A stretch of 64,000 bases of DNA from an uncultured Flavobacteriales bacterium (GTDB taxonomy: Bacteria > Bacteroidota > Bacteroidia > Palsa-965): NCBI GenBank assembly GCA_903873905.1, contig CAIQQJ010000057.1:8058-72057 (forward strand), written 5' to 3'. The translations under genes were made by a program, and so were the position numbers. Numbering within the stretch: position 1 is the stretch's first letter; each line of letters starts with the position of its first letter. Below are positions 49,985-59,218 of the stretch, piece by piece. A model generated the notes under the pieces. That model searched no databases, was not told the DNA's origin, and saw only the letters and a program-made list of their open reading frames with translations.

Positions 49985-50124
49985 AGTTTTTTTCCTTTTT
50001 CTAGGGGTGCAAATGTAAGGAAATAGCTACAGACAGGCAATAGAAATCAGCGGTTTGTAGGAATGAGTCGAAATCAAGCAATTATTGTAAAAAAGGACGA
50101 ATTTTCTTCAATTTACGCTCAAAT

Positions 50125-52020
50125 TCACCAAGAATCACCCGAATATGCCAGGATTCTGAATGCGCAGTCGGGGTAATTTGAAGGATATTTCAATCGTAAT
50201 TTACCCCAATAGTTTGTTTTGGAGGTAATATGACCGATTTCTTTTCCAGGAATTCTTGTGTCATAATAGGCAACGTAATAAAGTTGATTGGAACGAAGTC
50301 CATTGATTTGAAAAGTTTCCCCTTCTCTGTTTTCAGGTTTTTCCGCTTTGTCATTGTCTTTCGGCAGAAACTTTTCTTTGCCAAATCGATCGCGACAATC
50401 GGTCATAATATTTCCCCACCAATAACTTTGATTGTGGATCCATCCGATTGCACCATCTGCATTTTTTGAAATTTCAAAAAAAGTTTCAATACCATTTCCA
50501 GACCACATTTTTGATTCATTCTCGAACAACATTTTTCCTGCAATTGAATCCATGAAAAATCGCAAAGCAGGAAAATTGGCAGAACGATTGGAGTCGGATT
50601 TCCATTGCCACCAATAAATTCCACAACCTGCATCGCCCATAAATAAGGTTGCCCAAAAAGTATTGTGATAATTGATGTCGTTGCAATGTTCAAAATCATC
50701 CGCATCACTATTGTTCTTCGGACCATTTATCATTCCCGTTTCTCCGAATAGAAAGGGTTTGTTTATTTTTTGATAAGCACGTTCATGAATAATTTCAAAT
50801 CGGTTTTCATTCGACAAAAACTTGTTGCTGTAATGGTGAATGTCAATGAAACTTATTGCAGGATTGTTGAAAACACTGGCATATTTTTTTTCGCCACAAC
50901 TTGTTGAAAGCATATGCACATGATCGCCCAATTCATTTCGCAGGAGATTATTGATGTGTGTGATGTAATTTCTGAAGTAAATTTCATGATCGGAAAATCC
51001 ATCCCAATAATTCTGTTCACTTACAATTTCAATTGAGGAAATGGCGGGAGAAAAAGCCCATCGCGCATAAACGTATCGGAAATAATTATCAATTGCTTTT
51101 AGTGCTGAAGTGTCATTCAAAATATCTGCAACAGTTCCTCCTTCTTTTCCAAACGCTTTTCGATAAGGATTCCATTCTTCTTTTGGAATATTATTTCCAA
51201 AACCACTATTGATTTCAATGGAAAGTTGAATGTGCAATCCGCGCGCTTCTGCAATTCGCACCATGCTATCGAGCGCACACGCACGCTCTTGTACATATAC
51301 GCCTAAATCTTTCCATTCAATTCCCGTACTCCAAGGTGCCATGAAACAACGCACATAATTTCCTCCATTATCTGCAAGATTATTCATGTAATGGTAAACA
51401 TCGTAATAGCCGCAGTTGTATGCAGGAAAAGGTCCAGCATATCCATGTAGAATTGGCTCGTCGGCCCATGCAATATTTTGTCCCAATGGAAAAAAATAGG
51501 TTCCATCTGTAAATTGAAAATGTCTTTGATCGGCAGCCACATTCAAATAGCCATGATTATTTCCAGCAACACAATTAAAAGTAATTCCGCAAGATTTCGG
51601 AACCGACATTTCTAGCGTTTCTCCAATGAGAAAATTGCATTGCCAGTTTCCTGTATCAGGAACAGCAAACCGAACACGCCAAGGCCATTCCGTTTCTGTT
51701 GTGACATATTTATTTTGTTTTTCATCGGCCTTTGCATCTTGCATATAGAAAGCAGAGACAGCATAAGTTTTTTCGTGACAAATGAATTGCAGTCGTAAAA
51801 AATGTTGTGAATAGGGATTTGCACCAAGTGAATGATCGTCAAGAAACAATTTGAACAAGCGCTCCTGTTCAGGAATTCGAATCCCGATTTCTATGGTTTC
51901 ATATTTGGCAATTGTGCCATTTGGAGCTCCATGGAGGATTTTTGTTTCATAATGTTCCTGTGAAAAAACATAAATGGGTAATAATAGGGCAAAGAAGATG
52001 ATTTTCAGAGGGGAATTCAT
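50125..52020 (-). CDS. Secreted glycoside-hydrolase-like protein (N-terminal beta-sandwich + GH5/cellulase-like TIM barrel; DUF5060/DUF4038-type architecture). The ORF opens at 52047.
   Basis: Signal peptide. Motifs GQNIAWADEP, NNIPKEEWNPY and FLFGETGM are consistent with a clan GH-A (beta/alpha)8 fold with catalytic Glu candidates. Assignment is tentative. Confidence 0.45.
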   Translation of the reverse strand: MNSPLKIIFFALLLPIYVFSQEHYETKILHGAPNGTIAKYETIEIGIRIPEQERLFKLFLDDHSLGANPYSQHFLRLQFICHEKTYAVSAFYMQDAKADEKQNKYVTTETEWPWRVRFAVPDTGNWQCNFLIGETLEMSVPKSCGITFNCVAGNNHGYLNVAADQRHFQFTDGTYFFPLGQNIAWADEPILHGYAGPFPAYNCGYYDVYHYMNNLADNGGNYVRCFMAPWSTGIEWKDLGVYVQERACALDSMVRIAEARGLHIQLSIEINSGFGNNIPKEEWNPYRKAFGKEGGTVADILNDTSALKAIDNYFRYVYARWAFSPAISSIEIVSEQNYWDGFSDHEIYFRNYITHINNLLRNELGDHVHMLSTSCGEKKYASVFNNPAISFIDIHHYSNKFLSNENRFEIIHERAYQKINKPFLFGETGMINGPKNNSDADDFEHCNDINYHNTFWATLFMGDAGCGIYWWQWKSDSNRSANFPALRFFMDSIAGKMLFENESKMWSGNGIETFFEISKNADGAIGWIHNQSYWWGNIMTDCRDRFGKEKFLPKDNDKAEKPENREGETFQINGLRSNQLYYVAYYDTRIPGKEIGHITSKTNYWGKLRLKYPSNYPDCAFRILAYSGDSW

Positions 52021-52173
52021 GAATGCAATTTGGGGAAATAATGGCAATATGTGAATGTTGTGATTTATTTACGTTTGTTTTTTGTGTGATCGATAAGAAT
52101 AGGTAATTTCGCTTCCCCTTAAACGGGATTGTGAATCTACTACCGACGCAGGATTTACTCTTAAAACAAAAAC

Positions 52174-52257
52174 GCCCAGCTGGCGGAATCGGTAGACGCG
52201 CTGGTCTCAAACACCAGTGCCTTCACTGGCATGCCGGTTCGACTCCGGCGCTGGGTA
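52174..52257 (+). tRNA. tRNA-Leu (anticodon CAA), type II with long variable arm, no encoded CCA
   Basis: Acceptor GCCCAGC/GCTGGGT (one G-U pair). D-arm GGAATCGGTAGAC. Anticodon stem CTGGT/ACCAG with loop CTCAAAC. Variable arm GTGCCTTCACTGGCAT. T-arm GCCGGTTCGACTCCGGC. Discriminator A. Confidence 0.85.
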
Positions 52258-52264
52258 CACCTCT

Positions 52265-52293
52265 AAAGCCCCTGATTATCAGGGGCTTTTTTT
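52265..52293 (+). terminator. Rho-independent terminator after tRNA-Leu
   Basis: aaagcccctga-ttat-caggggcttttttt. Confidence 0.6.
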
Positions 52294-52395
52294 GTTGATC
52301 CTGAACGGGAGTCGAACTTTGAAATTCCCATTGGTAAAATCGAAATATTTAATTGGTAATTCAACTAGGATTGATGTTGTTTCGCATTCAAAAAA

Positions 52396-52593
52396 ATGGA
52401 AACAAATAATTTAAACCGGAATGATTATTACAGAAAAAATCGTTTGACAAAAGATGAACTTAGAAAACACGAAGGGTTTGAAAATATGTCGGATGAAGAA
52501 TTGGAGAGAAGAGTTGCAAGGCTTCTTGAACTTGCTTCTGTGTTGGTTGAAATTTATTTATATCAACAAAAAACGAGAAAAATTATTGATTAA
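52396..52593 (+). CDS. Small hypothetical ORF (65 aa, charged/helical); may not be real
   Basis: Supported only by an ORF in an otherwise empty intergenic region. No motif recognised. Confidence 0.2.
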   Translation: METNNLNRNDYYRKNRLTKDELRKHEGFENMSDEELERRVARLLELASVLVEIYLYQQKTRKIID

Positions 52594-52791
52594 TAAAACA
52601 GACGGAAACGATGGTGTATTTCTGAAATAAATTTTCCAGGTATAAGCGGAAGCTCAATGGGGGTAATATGACGTCGTGAGTTATTAATCAAAAGGTGAAT
52701 ATTTCTCAAGAATGCATTGTAAAAACAGAAAGAATTAGTTGCAATTCATCTCCAATTTGGAGATATTTGGTTGACTAACACTTTTGAAAAA

Positions 52792-53718
52792 ATGCGACGA
52801 GCCTTGTTGATAACGTTGATTATTTCTTGTAATACATTTCTTGAAGCGCAAAATTGGGCGGCAGCAGGATCAGTTTGGCATTTTAATTATTCTAATCTGA
52901 CTTTTGACGGTTACATTAAAATTGAAAAAATTGGAGACACTTTGATAAGTGGAAAAATTTGCGACATTCTTAAAAAAACAAGAATTGGATACAATTACAT
53001 TTCAAGTTCTGACGATACGATTTATCTCGGAAGAGAGTATACTCGATTAAGTAACGACACAGTTTATAATTTTAGAAACAATCAGTTTTTTATTTTGTAC
53101 TGTTTCAACGCTGTTCCTGGGGATACTTGGTTGGTTGCTGGGAATAACACCAATTGTAATCTTACTGATAGCATCAAAGTTGATAGTATAGGAACAACCG
53201 TAATAAGTTCCACGACCTTAAGATACATTTGGACTAGCCCATCAATCAATATTGGTTTGCAATTCACCGGAAAAGTTGTAGAAAAAATTGGGTGTATTGG
53301 ATATATGTTTCCAGAACCATTTTGTCTAACCGATCTTAATGAAGGAGGTCCCTTCAGATGTTACAGTGATAGCAGCTTATGGTCATTTCAAACCGGGATT
53401 GTTCCCTATTGCGATTTTACTAACCAAATTGCTGAGCAATCTCTAACAAATAGAATTGGGCTTGTTTATCCAAATCCGTTTTCAAAATCCACAACAATTT
53501 TTCTTCCAAATCAGAAAAAAAATTCAAAAGCAGTTTTGAAAATCTTCAACGCTCTTGGTACTCAAGTTGCAGAATATTCCAATTTCAGAAATGAGCAACT
53601 TATTGAAGGAGATTTTTTAAGTGATGGAATTTATTTATGGATTATTTATAATAATAACAATGAAATTATTTCTTCTGGGAAAATTATAAAAAATTCGCAA
53701 CTAAACTTAATACCATGA
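52792..53718 (+). CDS. T9SS cargo protein (hypothetical) with C-terminal sorting domain (the ORF opens at 52771)
   Basis: Signal peptide MRRALLITLIISCNTFLEAQN. CTD-like end VYPNPFSKSTTIFLPNQ...GIYLWIIYNNNNEIISSGKIIKN. Confidence 0.55.
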   Translation: MRRALLITLIISCNTFLEAQNWAAAGSVWHFNYSNLTFDGYIKIEKIGDTLISGKICDILKKTRIGYNYISSSDDTIYLGREYTRLSNDTVYNFRNNQFFILYCFNAVPGDTWLVAGNNTNCNLTDSIKVDSIGTTVISSTTLRYIWTSPSINIGLQFTGKVVEKIGCIGYMFPEPFCLTDLNEGGPFRCYSDSSLWSFQTGIVPYCDFTNQIAEQSLTNRIGLVYPNPFSKSTTIFLPNQKKNSKAVLKIFNALGTQVAEYSNFRNEQLIEGDFLSDGIYLWIIYNNNNEIISSGKIIKNSQLNLIP

Positions 53719-56700
53719 ATCAGCATTTTCTAAATCTTCCGAAAAAACTTTTACTTCTACTTTTTCTAAATGTATTTATTACAAGGATTTATTCCCAGAA
53801 TACAATCCCTGATTTTTCTAATGATGTTGCTCCGCCACCGTCGATTTCTCCTACCAGCGGAACTTGTAACAATACTTTAACGAATACATCACCTGATTTT
53901 GTAAATAAATATCGGCCACTAACTTTTTGGATACCTACAGCAAACACTCCTGTCAAAACCATTCAAATTGCAATGCATATTTTTACCGGAGGAAATTCAT
54001 TGACAAATACTCCAGGTGTCATTGCGTGGTTGAATTCTGTTGTCAATCAAATTAATTTTGACTTAGCGCATAATTGCACTCCTGGTCTTCCCACCGTTCC
54101 AAATGTGGTTGATTTGGCTGATACTAAAATACGCTTCGAACTTTCCAATATTTATTTTTACAATAACACGACACTTTACAATTCGCAAAACACCTCCGCG
54201 ATGCTTTCATACATAAGTGGAGTTGACCCAAATCGATTGAATTATCTCTCTGTTTTAATTCCGACTGGCGGACAACAGAATGCAGCGACCCCTTACCCGT
54301 CCTACATTTCTTATGGCTCAAGTGCAAATGATTTATATGTATATAATATGTTTGCTATGGTTCCAGCTGACAATACACAAAATTCGGTTTTTTATAATAT
54401 TTTAAAACATGAACTTGGACATTGTCTTGATTTATTACACACTTATTCGGGGTGTTGTTATCCCGAGGATTGTCAACCCTCACCTGATTACTTGTCCGAC
54501 GTTTTTGGAACAGCTTTTAATTCCAATTGTTGGCTTCAGGGAGGATGGAACTGTAACCCTTATTTAAGTTCACTTTGTACAAGTAATTGGATGGGCGGAT
54601 GGGCTGGAGCCTGCTATCTTTCTCCATTGCAAATCGCAAAGATTCATCGGGCGTTGTCTTTAAAAACAACAAGACGTTACGTTAAAGATGTTGCCTTGCC
54701 TTCTACTGTTTATGATATTGCATCAAACGAAACTTGGGATTTCGATATTAGATGGTATGGTGATATACATGTAAAAGCTGGCGCAACTTTGACTGTGAAA
54801 TGCAAAATACTAATGTCGGCCGGGGCAAAAATTGTTGTTGAACGAGGGGGAAAATTGATAATTGATGGAGGAACGATAACAAATAGTTCTAAGGTTTTAT
54901 GGAAAGGAGTAGAAGTTTGGGGCAACCCTTTTGTCGGCCAATCAAATACTACATCGAACGGTCAGGGACAAGTTATAATACAAAATGGAGGAACAGTTGA
55001 AAATGCTGAAATTGCTGTTGCTGCAACACAGCTTGATCCACAAGGCCAACCTAACTTTCTCTGGGATGGCGGAATTATACGTGCCCAAAATGCCGTTTTC
55101 AGAAACAATATTATAGGAATTCAACTTTGGTCATACCACGGGACAACCACACAATTGAATTACAGTTATGCGAAAAATTGCACATTCGAAACGACTTCAA
55201 CATGGCCTAATACAAGTATCTATCCAAAGTATTTTGTGGATATGTATGATGTTGATTATACTTCAATTCTTGGCTGTACTTTTCAAAATTTAGTTCCAAA
55301 CAGTTTTCCTGTTGGTAACAGAGGCGAAGGAATTTTTAGCGTTGATGCAAGATTCAGAGTTGGAAATTTTTGTACCAATACTCAATGCACTTTATTTATT
55401 CCAAGCGCATTTACTAACCTTACTTATGGCGTAGACGCTTCCGCTTCAATGCCATTGTTAACATGCGCAGTTGATGGCGCGGTTTTCAGCAGTTGTGACA
55501 AGGGCGTTTCGATTCGAGGATTAGATTATGCAACAATAACACGAGGTACATTTAATATTACTCCAGGGACATTATCAATTCCGCACTTTGGAATTTATGC
55601 CGACAATTGCACCGGATTTCAAATCGACGGAAATACTTGTACCGGTTCAGGAAGTCCTGCATATGATGTTGGTGTTCTCATTCGTGATTCACGTGACATG
55701 TCGAACATCGTTTATAATAATTCGTTTACGAATCTACATGTTGGAGAAGAAGCAATAGGAGATAATGATGGTCCAAATATTCCTGATGGTCTAAGATTCA
55801 ATTGCAATGATAATTTGAATAACCTCTATGATATTTACGTTACGAATCCTACCAGTCAAAATAACATTACAACTGACATTGGAAAAATTCAAGGACTGCT
55901 TGATCAATTATATCCTAATCCGCAACAATTAGTACGAAATACGTATTCTGCTCCTTGTGTAGCTTCAAATGAAAATCGTTTCAGAATGGACAAAGTGAGT
56001 TCGCAAACTGCGACACATAACAATCATCTTACTCCATCTACAACTCCTGTTCCTTGCAAGGACAATCTTGTTATAACATCAAATACGAATTATACTTTCA
56101 ATAAACCTCTTGATTGCCCATCAAGCTTTGGAGGTAATCCGAGTTTATCAGCTCTTCAATTGCAGTTGTCTTCATACACAACTCAAATAAATTCTCAAAA
56201 AGTAATTGTTGATGGAAATAATACCCAGGGGCTTTTAACTATTATTGCTACAAGTTCATCAGGTCAAATAAAAAATTCTTTGCTTGGTGTTGGCCCATAT
56301 CTTTCTGATCAGGTTTTATTAGCAGCCATTGCTAAAAATCTTCCCGCAGGAATTCTCAAAGACATCATCATTCCAAACTCGCCAGTAACACTTGCCGTCA
56401 AACAAGCAATCGATGCAATTAGTCTTCCACCGGGAATCAGAAACCAGATCAATGCAGCACAAACAGGAGTTTCTCCTCGTGCAATACTTGAAAATCATAT
56501 TGATCAACTACAATTTGAACGTGACCTTCTTCTTAGTTCAGAAATCCGTTTAATTTTAAATGATACAACTTTCATTGACCCAATTGGCAAGGTGATTTCA
56601 ATTATTAAAATTGAAAACATTCCTGATCAAAAATGCAAACTAGCTTCTGCATATATTGCGAATAAGGATTATGTAAAAGCGGATTCGGTCTTAACGGTAA

Positions 56701-57239
56701 TTGAAGCTGAGCAGTCAGGTATTCTAGATAACTTCTGTCAACTAAATAGGATTCTTATTGATCTTCGCCAATCAATACAAGGTTGTCTTGTCTTGCATGC
56801 TGATTCAATAAAAAAGGCCGCTGTGGAGCAAATCGCTGTTCAGGTTGATAAGGATGGTTGTTCAAATGCACAAGCACTTCTGATGAAAGCCTTTGCTTCT
56901 TTTTATCCGGAAGATGTTGTTTTCCCTAATGATGGAATTAGTTATCGAGTTATCCAGCCTGAACTGATACAACCAAATCAGGTGATTAGCGATTATAGGG
57001 CATTTCCAAACCCAGCAATTGATAAATTAAATGTGGAATATAAACTTCCCTCTGGTGTAGTAAATCCAATATTGATTGTATTTGATATTAATGGAAAGAC
57101 AATCATTCGCCAACAAATTTCTTCAGATGCGGGCACAACTCAGTTAAACATTGCTGAATTGCCCTCCGGTTTATTTTTCTGGCGAATTGAAGCTGACGGA
57201 GAGATTTTGCACTCTGATAAATTCTCAATAGTCAGGTAA
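53715..57239 (+). CDS. Giant T9SS cargo protein: zincin-like HEXXHxxxxxH metalloprotease motif + parallel beta-helix repeats + type-A C-terminal sorting domain
   Basis: Signal peptide. HELGHCLDLLH at about aa 230 (HEXXH followed by a third His six residues on, as in metzincins, but with Asp in the Gly position). Gly/Asn-rich beta-helix-like repeats (GGTITNSSKVLWKGVEVWGNP, NGGTVENAEIAVAA). CTD FPNPAIDKLNVEYKL...GLFFWRIEADGEILHSDKFSIV. Start overlaps the upstream stop (ATGA). Confidence 0.6.
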   Translation: MNQHFLNLPKKLLLLLFLNVFITRIYSQNTIPDFSNDVAPPPSISPTSGTCNNTLTNTSPDFVNKYRPLTFWIPTANTPVKTIQIAMHIFTGGNSLTNTPGVIAWLNSVVNQINFDLAHNCTPGLPTVPNVVDLADTKIRFELSNIYFYNNTTLYNSQNTSAMLSYISGVDPNRLNYLSVLIPTGGQQNAATPYPSYISYGSSANDLYVYNMFAMVPADNTQNSVFYNILKHELGHCLDLLHTYSGCCYPEDCQPSPDYLSDVFGTAFNSNCWLQGGWNCNPYLSSLCTSNWMGGWAGACYLSPLQIAKIHRALSLKTTRRYVKDVALPSTVYDIASNETWDFDIRWYGDIHVKAGATLTVKCKILMSAGAKIVVERGGKLIIDGGTITNSSKVLWKGVEVWGNPFVGQSNTTSNGQGQVIIQNGGTVENAEIAVAATQLDPQGQPNFLWDGGIIRAQNAVFRNNIIGIQLWSYHGTTTQLNYSYAKNCTFETTSTWPNTSIYPKYFVDMYDVDYTSILGCTFQNLVPNSFPVGNRGEGIFSVDARFRVGNFCTNTQCTLFIPSAFTNLTYGVDASASMPLLTCAVDGAVFSSCDKGVSIRGLDYATITRGTFNITPGTLSIPHFGIYADNCTGFQIDGNTCTGSGSPAYDVGVLIRDSRDMSNIVYNNSFTNLHVGEEAIGDNDGPNIPDGLRFNCNDNLNNLYDIYVTNPTSQNNITTDIGKIQGLLDQLYPNPQQLVRNTYSAPCVASNENRFRMDKVSSQTATHNNHLTPSTTPVPCKDNLVITSNTNYTFNKPLDCPSSFGGNPSLSALQLQLSSYTTQINSQKVIVDGNNTQGLLTIIATSSSGQIKNSLLGVGPYLSDQVLLAAIAKNLPAGILKDIIIPNSPVTLAVKQAIDAISLPPGIRNQINAAQTGVSPRAILENHIDQLQFERDLLLSSEIRLILNDTTFIDPIGKVISIIKIENIPDQKCKLASAYIANKDYVKADSVLTVIEAEQSGILDNFCQLNRILIDLRQSIQGCLVLHADSIKKAAVEQIAVQVDKDGCSNAQALLMKAFASFYPEDVVFPNDGISYRVIQPELIQPNQVISDYRAFPNPAIDKLNVEYKLPSGVVNPILIVFDINGKTIIRQQISSDAGTTQLNIAELPSGLFFWRIEADGEILHSDKFSIVR

Positions 57240-57240
57240 T

Positions 57241-58446
57241 ATGCGTTTCAGAATTTATTTTATTTTAATATTTTTCATTGCAACAATTTCCTTGTCTGCT
57301 CAAACTTGGTTACAGAGAGCGGATGTCCCATTTAATATCCAGAATAGCGAAGGAACTTCATTTGCCATAGGAGATAAAATTTACATCGTTTGCGGAGTAA
57401 TAAACAACAACTACTCCAATTTTTGCTGGGAGTTTAATACAACAACAAATATCTGGTCTCAGAAAACAAGTTTCCCCGGTTGCCCGAGAAGATGGCCAAG
57501 TTCATTTTCAATTGGAGGGAAAGGATATTTTCTAGGTGGAGAAGATACCATCGCCGGAACTAATAATGATCTATGGGAATATGATCCGGTAGTTGATTCA
57601 TGGACTCAGAAAACTTCTCTTCCGAGTTCCATACGTTGTGGTGCGATATCTTGGGTAATTAATGGAAAGGGATATGTTGTAAGCGGAGCCCAATCATTTG
57701 GTATAGTTTTAAATGATTGTTGGCAATATGACCCCATCCTTGATTCTTGGATTCAGAAGAGTTCAATGCCATGCACAGGACGAACATTTGGTGCTGGATT
57801 TTCTATTGGGAATAAGGGATATGCAGGTTTAGGATCTGATTACTCTCAAAATTTAAAAGACTGGTGGGAGTATAATTCAATTTCTGACTCATGGACTATC
57901 AAAGATTCTCTGCCTAGCATTGCTGTAAATATTGCAGCATTCTCTATTGATAGTTTCGGTTACGTTGGGCCTGGCGACTACACATATATTTTGGGCAGTT
58001 CATTTTTTCAATTCAATCATGTTTCTGGCCAGTGGTTACAACTTGCAAATTTTACTGGAGCTCAATATTTTAGCCCCTATTCAGTTACTTGTAACGGAAA
58101 AGGCTATGTCATTTCCGGAAGTAGCTTTACTACTTGCCAAAAAACAACATGGGAATTTACAGCACCTGTTGGAATAGAGGAATATTCAGGAAATTCATGT
58201 TCTGTTTTTCCGAATCCTTCGAGTGATAAAGTGAGGATTAAATTAGATCAAAATATTATTTCATCTGGCTCCGGTTATTCCATCGAATTAACTGATGTCA
58301 CTGGGAAAGTTGTTCGACTTGAAAGTGGCCTGAAAATGACGGACTCAATTGAATTAAGTAAAGAAAACCTTCAATCAGGAATTTATTTTTTTGCTATTAA
58401 AAATGATGAAAAGATTTACGGGCGAGGCAAAATTGTTTTTGAATAA
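57241..58446 (+). CDS. Kelch-repeat (galactose-oxidase-like beta-propeller) T9SS cargo protein
   Basis: Six repeats of the pattern G...Y..GG.........W.YDP..D.W. (for example DLWEYDPVVDSWTQK, DCWQYDPILDSWIQK, DWWEYNSISDSWTIK). CTD VFPNPSSDKVRIKL...GIYFFAIKNDEKIYGRGKIVFE. Confidence 0.7.
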   Translation: MRFRIYFILIFFIATISLSAQTWLQRADVPFNIQNSEGTSFAIGDKIYIVCGVINNNYSNFCWEFNTTTNIWSQKTSFPGCPRRWPSSFSIGGKGYFLGGEDTIAGTNNDLWEYDPVVDSWTQKTSLPSSIRCGAISWVINGKGYVVSGAQSFGIVLNDCWQYDPILDSWIQKSSMPCTGRTFGAGFSIGNKGYAGLGSDYSQNLKDWWEYNSISDSWTIKDSLPSIAVNIAAFSIDSFGYVGPGDYTYILGSSFFQFNHVSGQWLQLANFTGAQYFSPYSVTCNGKGYVISGSSFTTCQKTTWEFTAPVGIEEYSGNSCSVFPNPSSDKVRIKLDQNIISSGSGYSIELTDVTGKVVRLESGLKMTDSIELSKENLQSGIYFFAIKNDEKIYGRGKIVFE

Positions 58447-58657
58447 AATTTAGTTGAGATTGATTTTGAAGTCTATAATTCTTTCAATTTATCCCAATCC
58501 TCCCAAAAAAAGTTCGATATTTCAAGCCTTCTGTGTACAAAAAACAGAGTGAGAAACAGAGCGCCCCGAAGGGGTCCCTACGGGAAGAGCGAAGTTTCGA
58601 CCTCTGTTTTTTTCTTCACACTCATTCTCATCTCTCACGCTAAAAATCAGCACCACT

Positions 58658-59002
58658 ATGTTCGATTTTCAAAAACTCGAGGTTTATAAAAAGGCAAAGA
58701 GTTTTCACGTTGATTGTAAAAATCTAATTCTGACTAAGAAGTTGGATACGTATGTGAAGGACCAATTGGGGCGAGCTTCCTTTAGTGTGGCATTGAACAT
58801 TGCCGAGGGGTCAGGTAAATTTTCAAAGGCAGATCGAAAAAATTATTTTACAACAGCCCGTGCTTCGGTCTTTGAGTGTGTAGCGGTATTGGATATACTT
58901 TGTGATCAATCAACAATTTCAAAGGATGAGTTTGATCCATTGACATCTTCGGCTGATGAACTTTCTCGGATTTTGTATGCGATGATCAAAAATCTTTCCT
59001 GA
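58658..59002 (+). CDS. Four-helix-bundle protein (23S rRNA intervening-sequence protein family; Avd-like fold)
   Basis: MFDFQKLEVYKKAKSFHVDCKNL...RASFSVALNIAEGSGKFSKADRKNYFTTARASVFECVAVLDI matches the family consensus (LxVYxxAxxL...RxSxSIxxNIAEGxxR...DxxxFxxIAxGSxxE). Confidence 0.75.
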   Translation: MFDFQKLEVYKKAKSFHVDCKNLILTKKLDTYVKDQLGRASFSVALNIAEGSGKFSKADRKNYFTTARASVFECVAVLDILCDQSTISKDEFDPLTSSADELSRILYAMIKNLS

Positions 59003-59218
59003 AAATGTTTTTTTCTTCATTCTCATTCTATTTCTGATTAATTGCAAATCAACAAGAAAGTTCGATAAATAAAACCCCTTGGGTACTGAAAAAGCTTCTC
59101 ATTTTTGATGAGCCTTTTTTGATTTTATTAAAAAGGAAAATCTATATTGTTACCTAAATGTGTTTCTTAATACAAGAACTATCCCAATTAATACACAAAG
59201 AAGAATAATACAATCTCA

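Noticed and set aside
52294-52770. Integrative element at tRNA-Leu
   Set aside because: No integrase/recombinase ORF and no visible direct repeat of the tRNA 3' end. The only ORF is a doubtful 65-aa reading frame.
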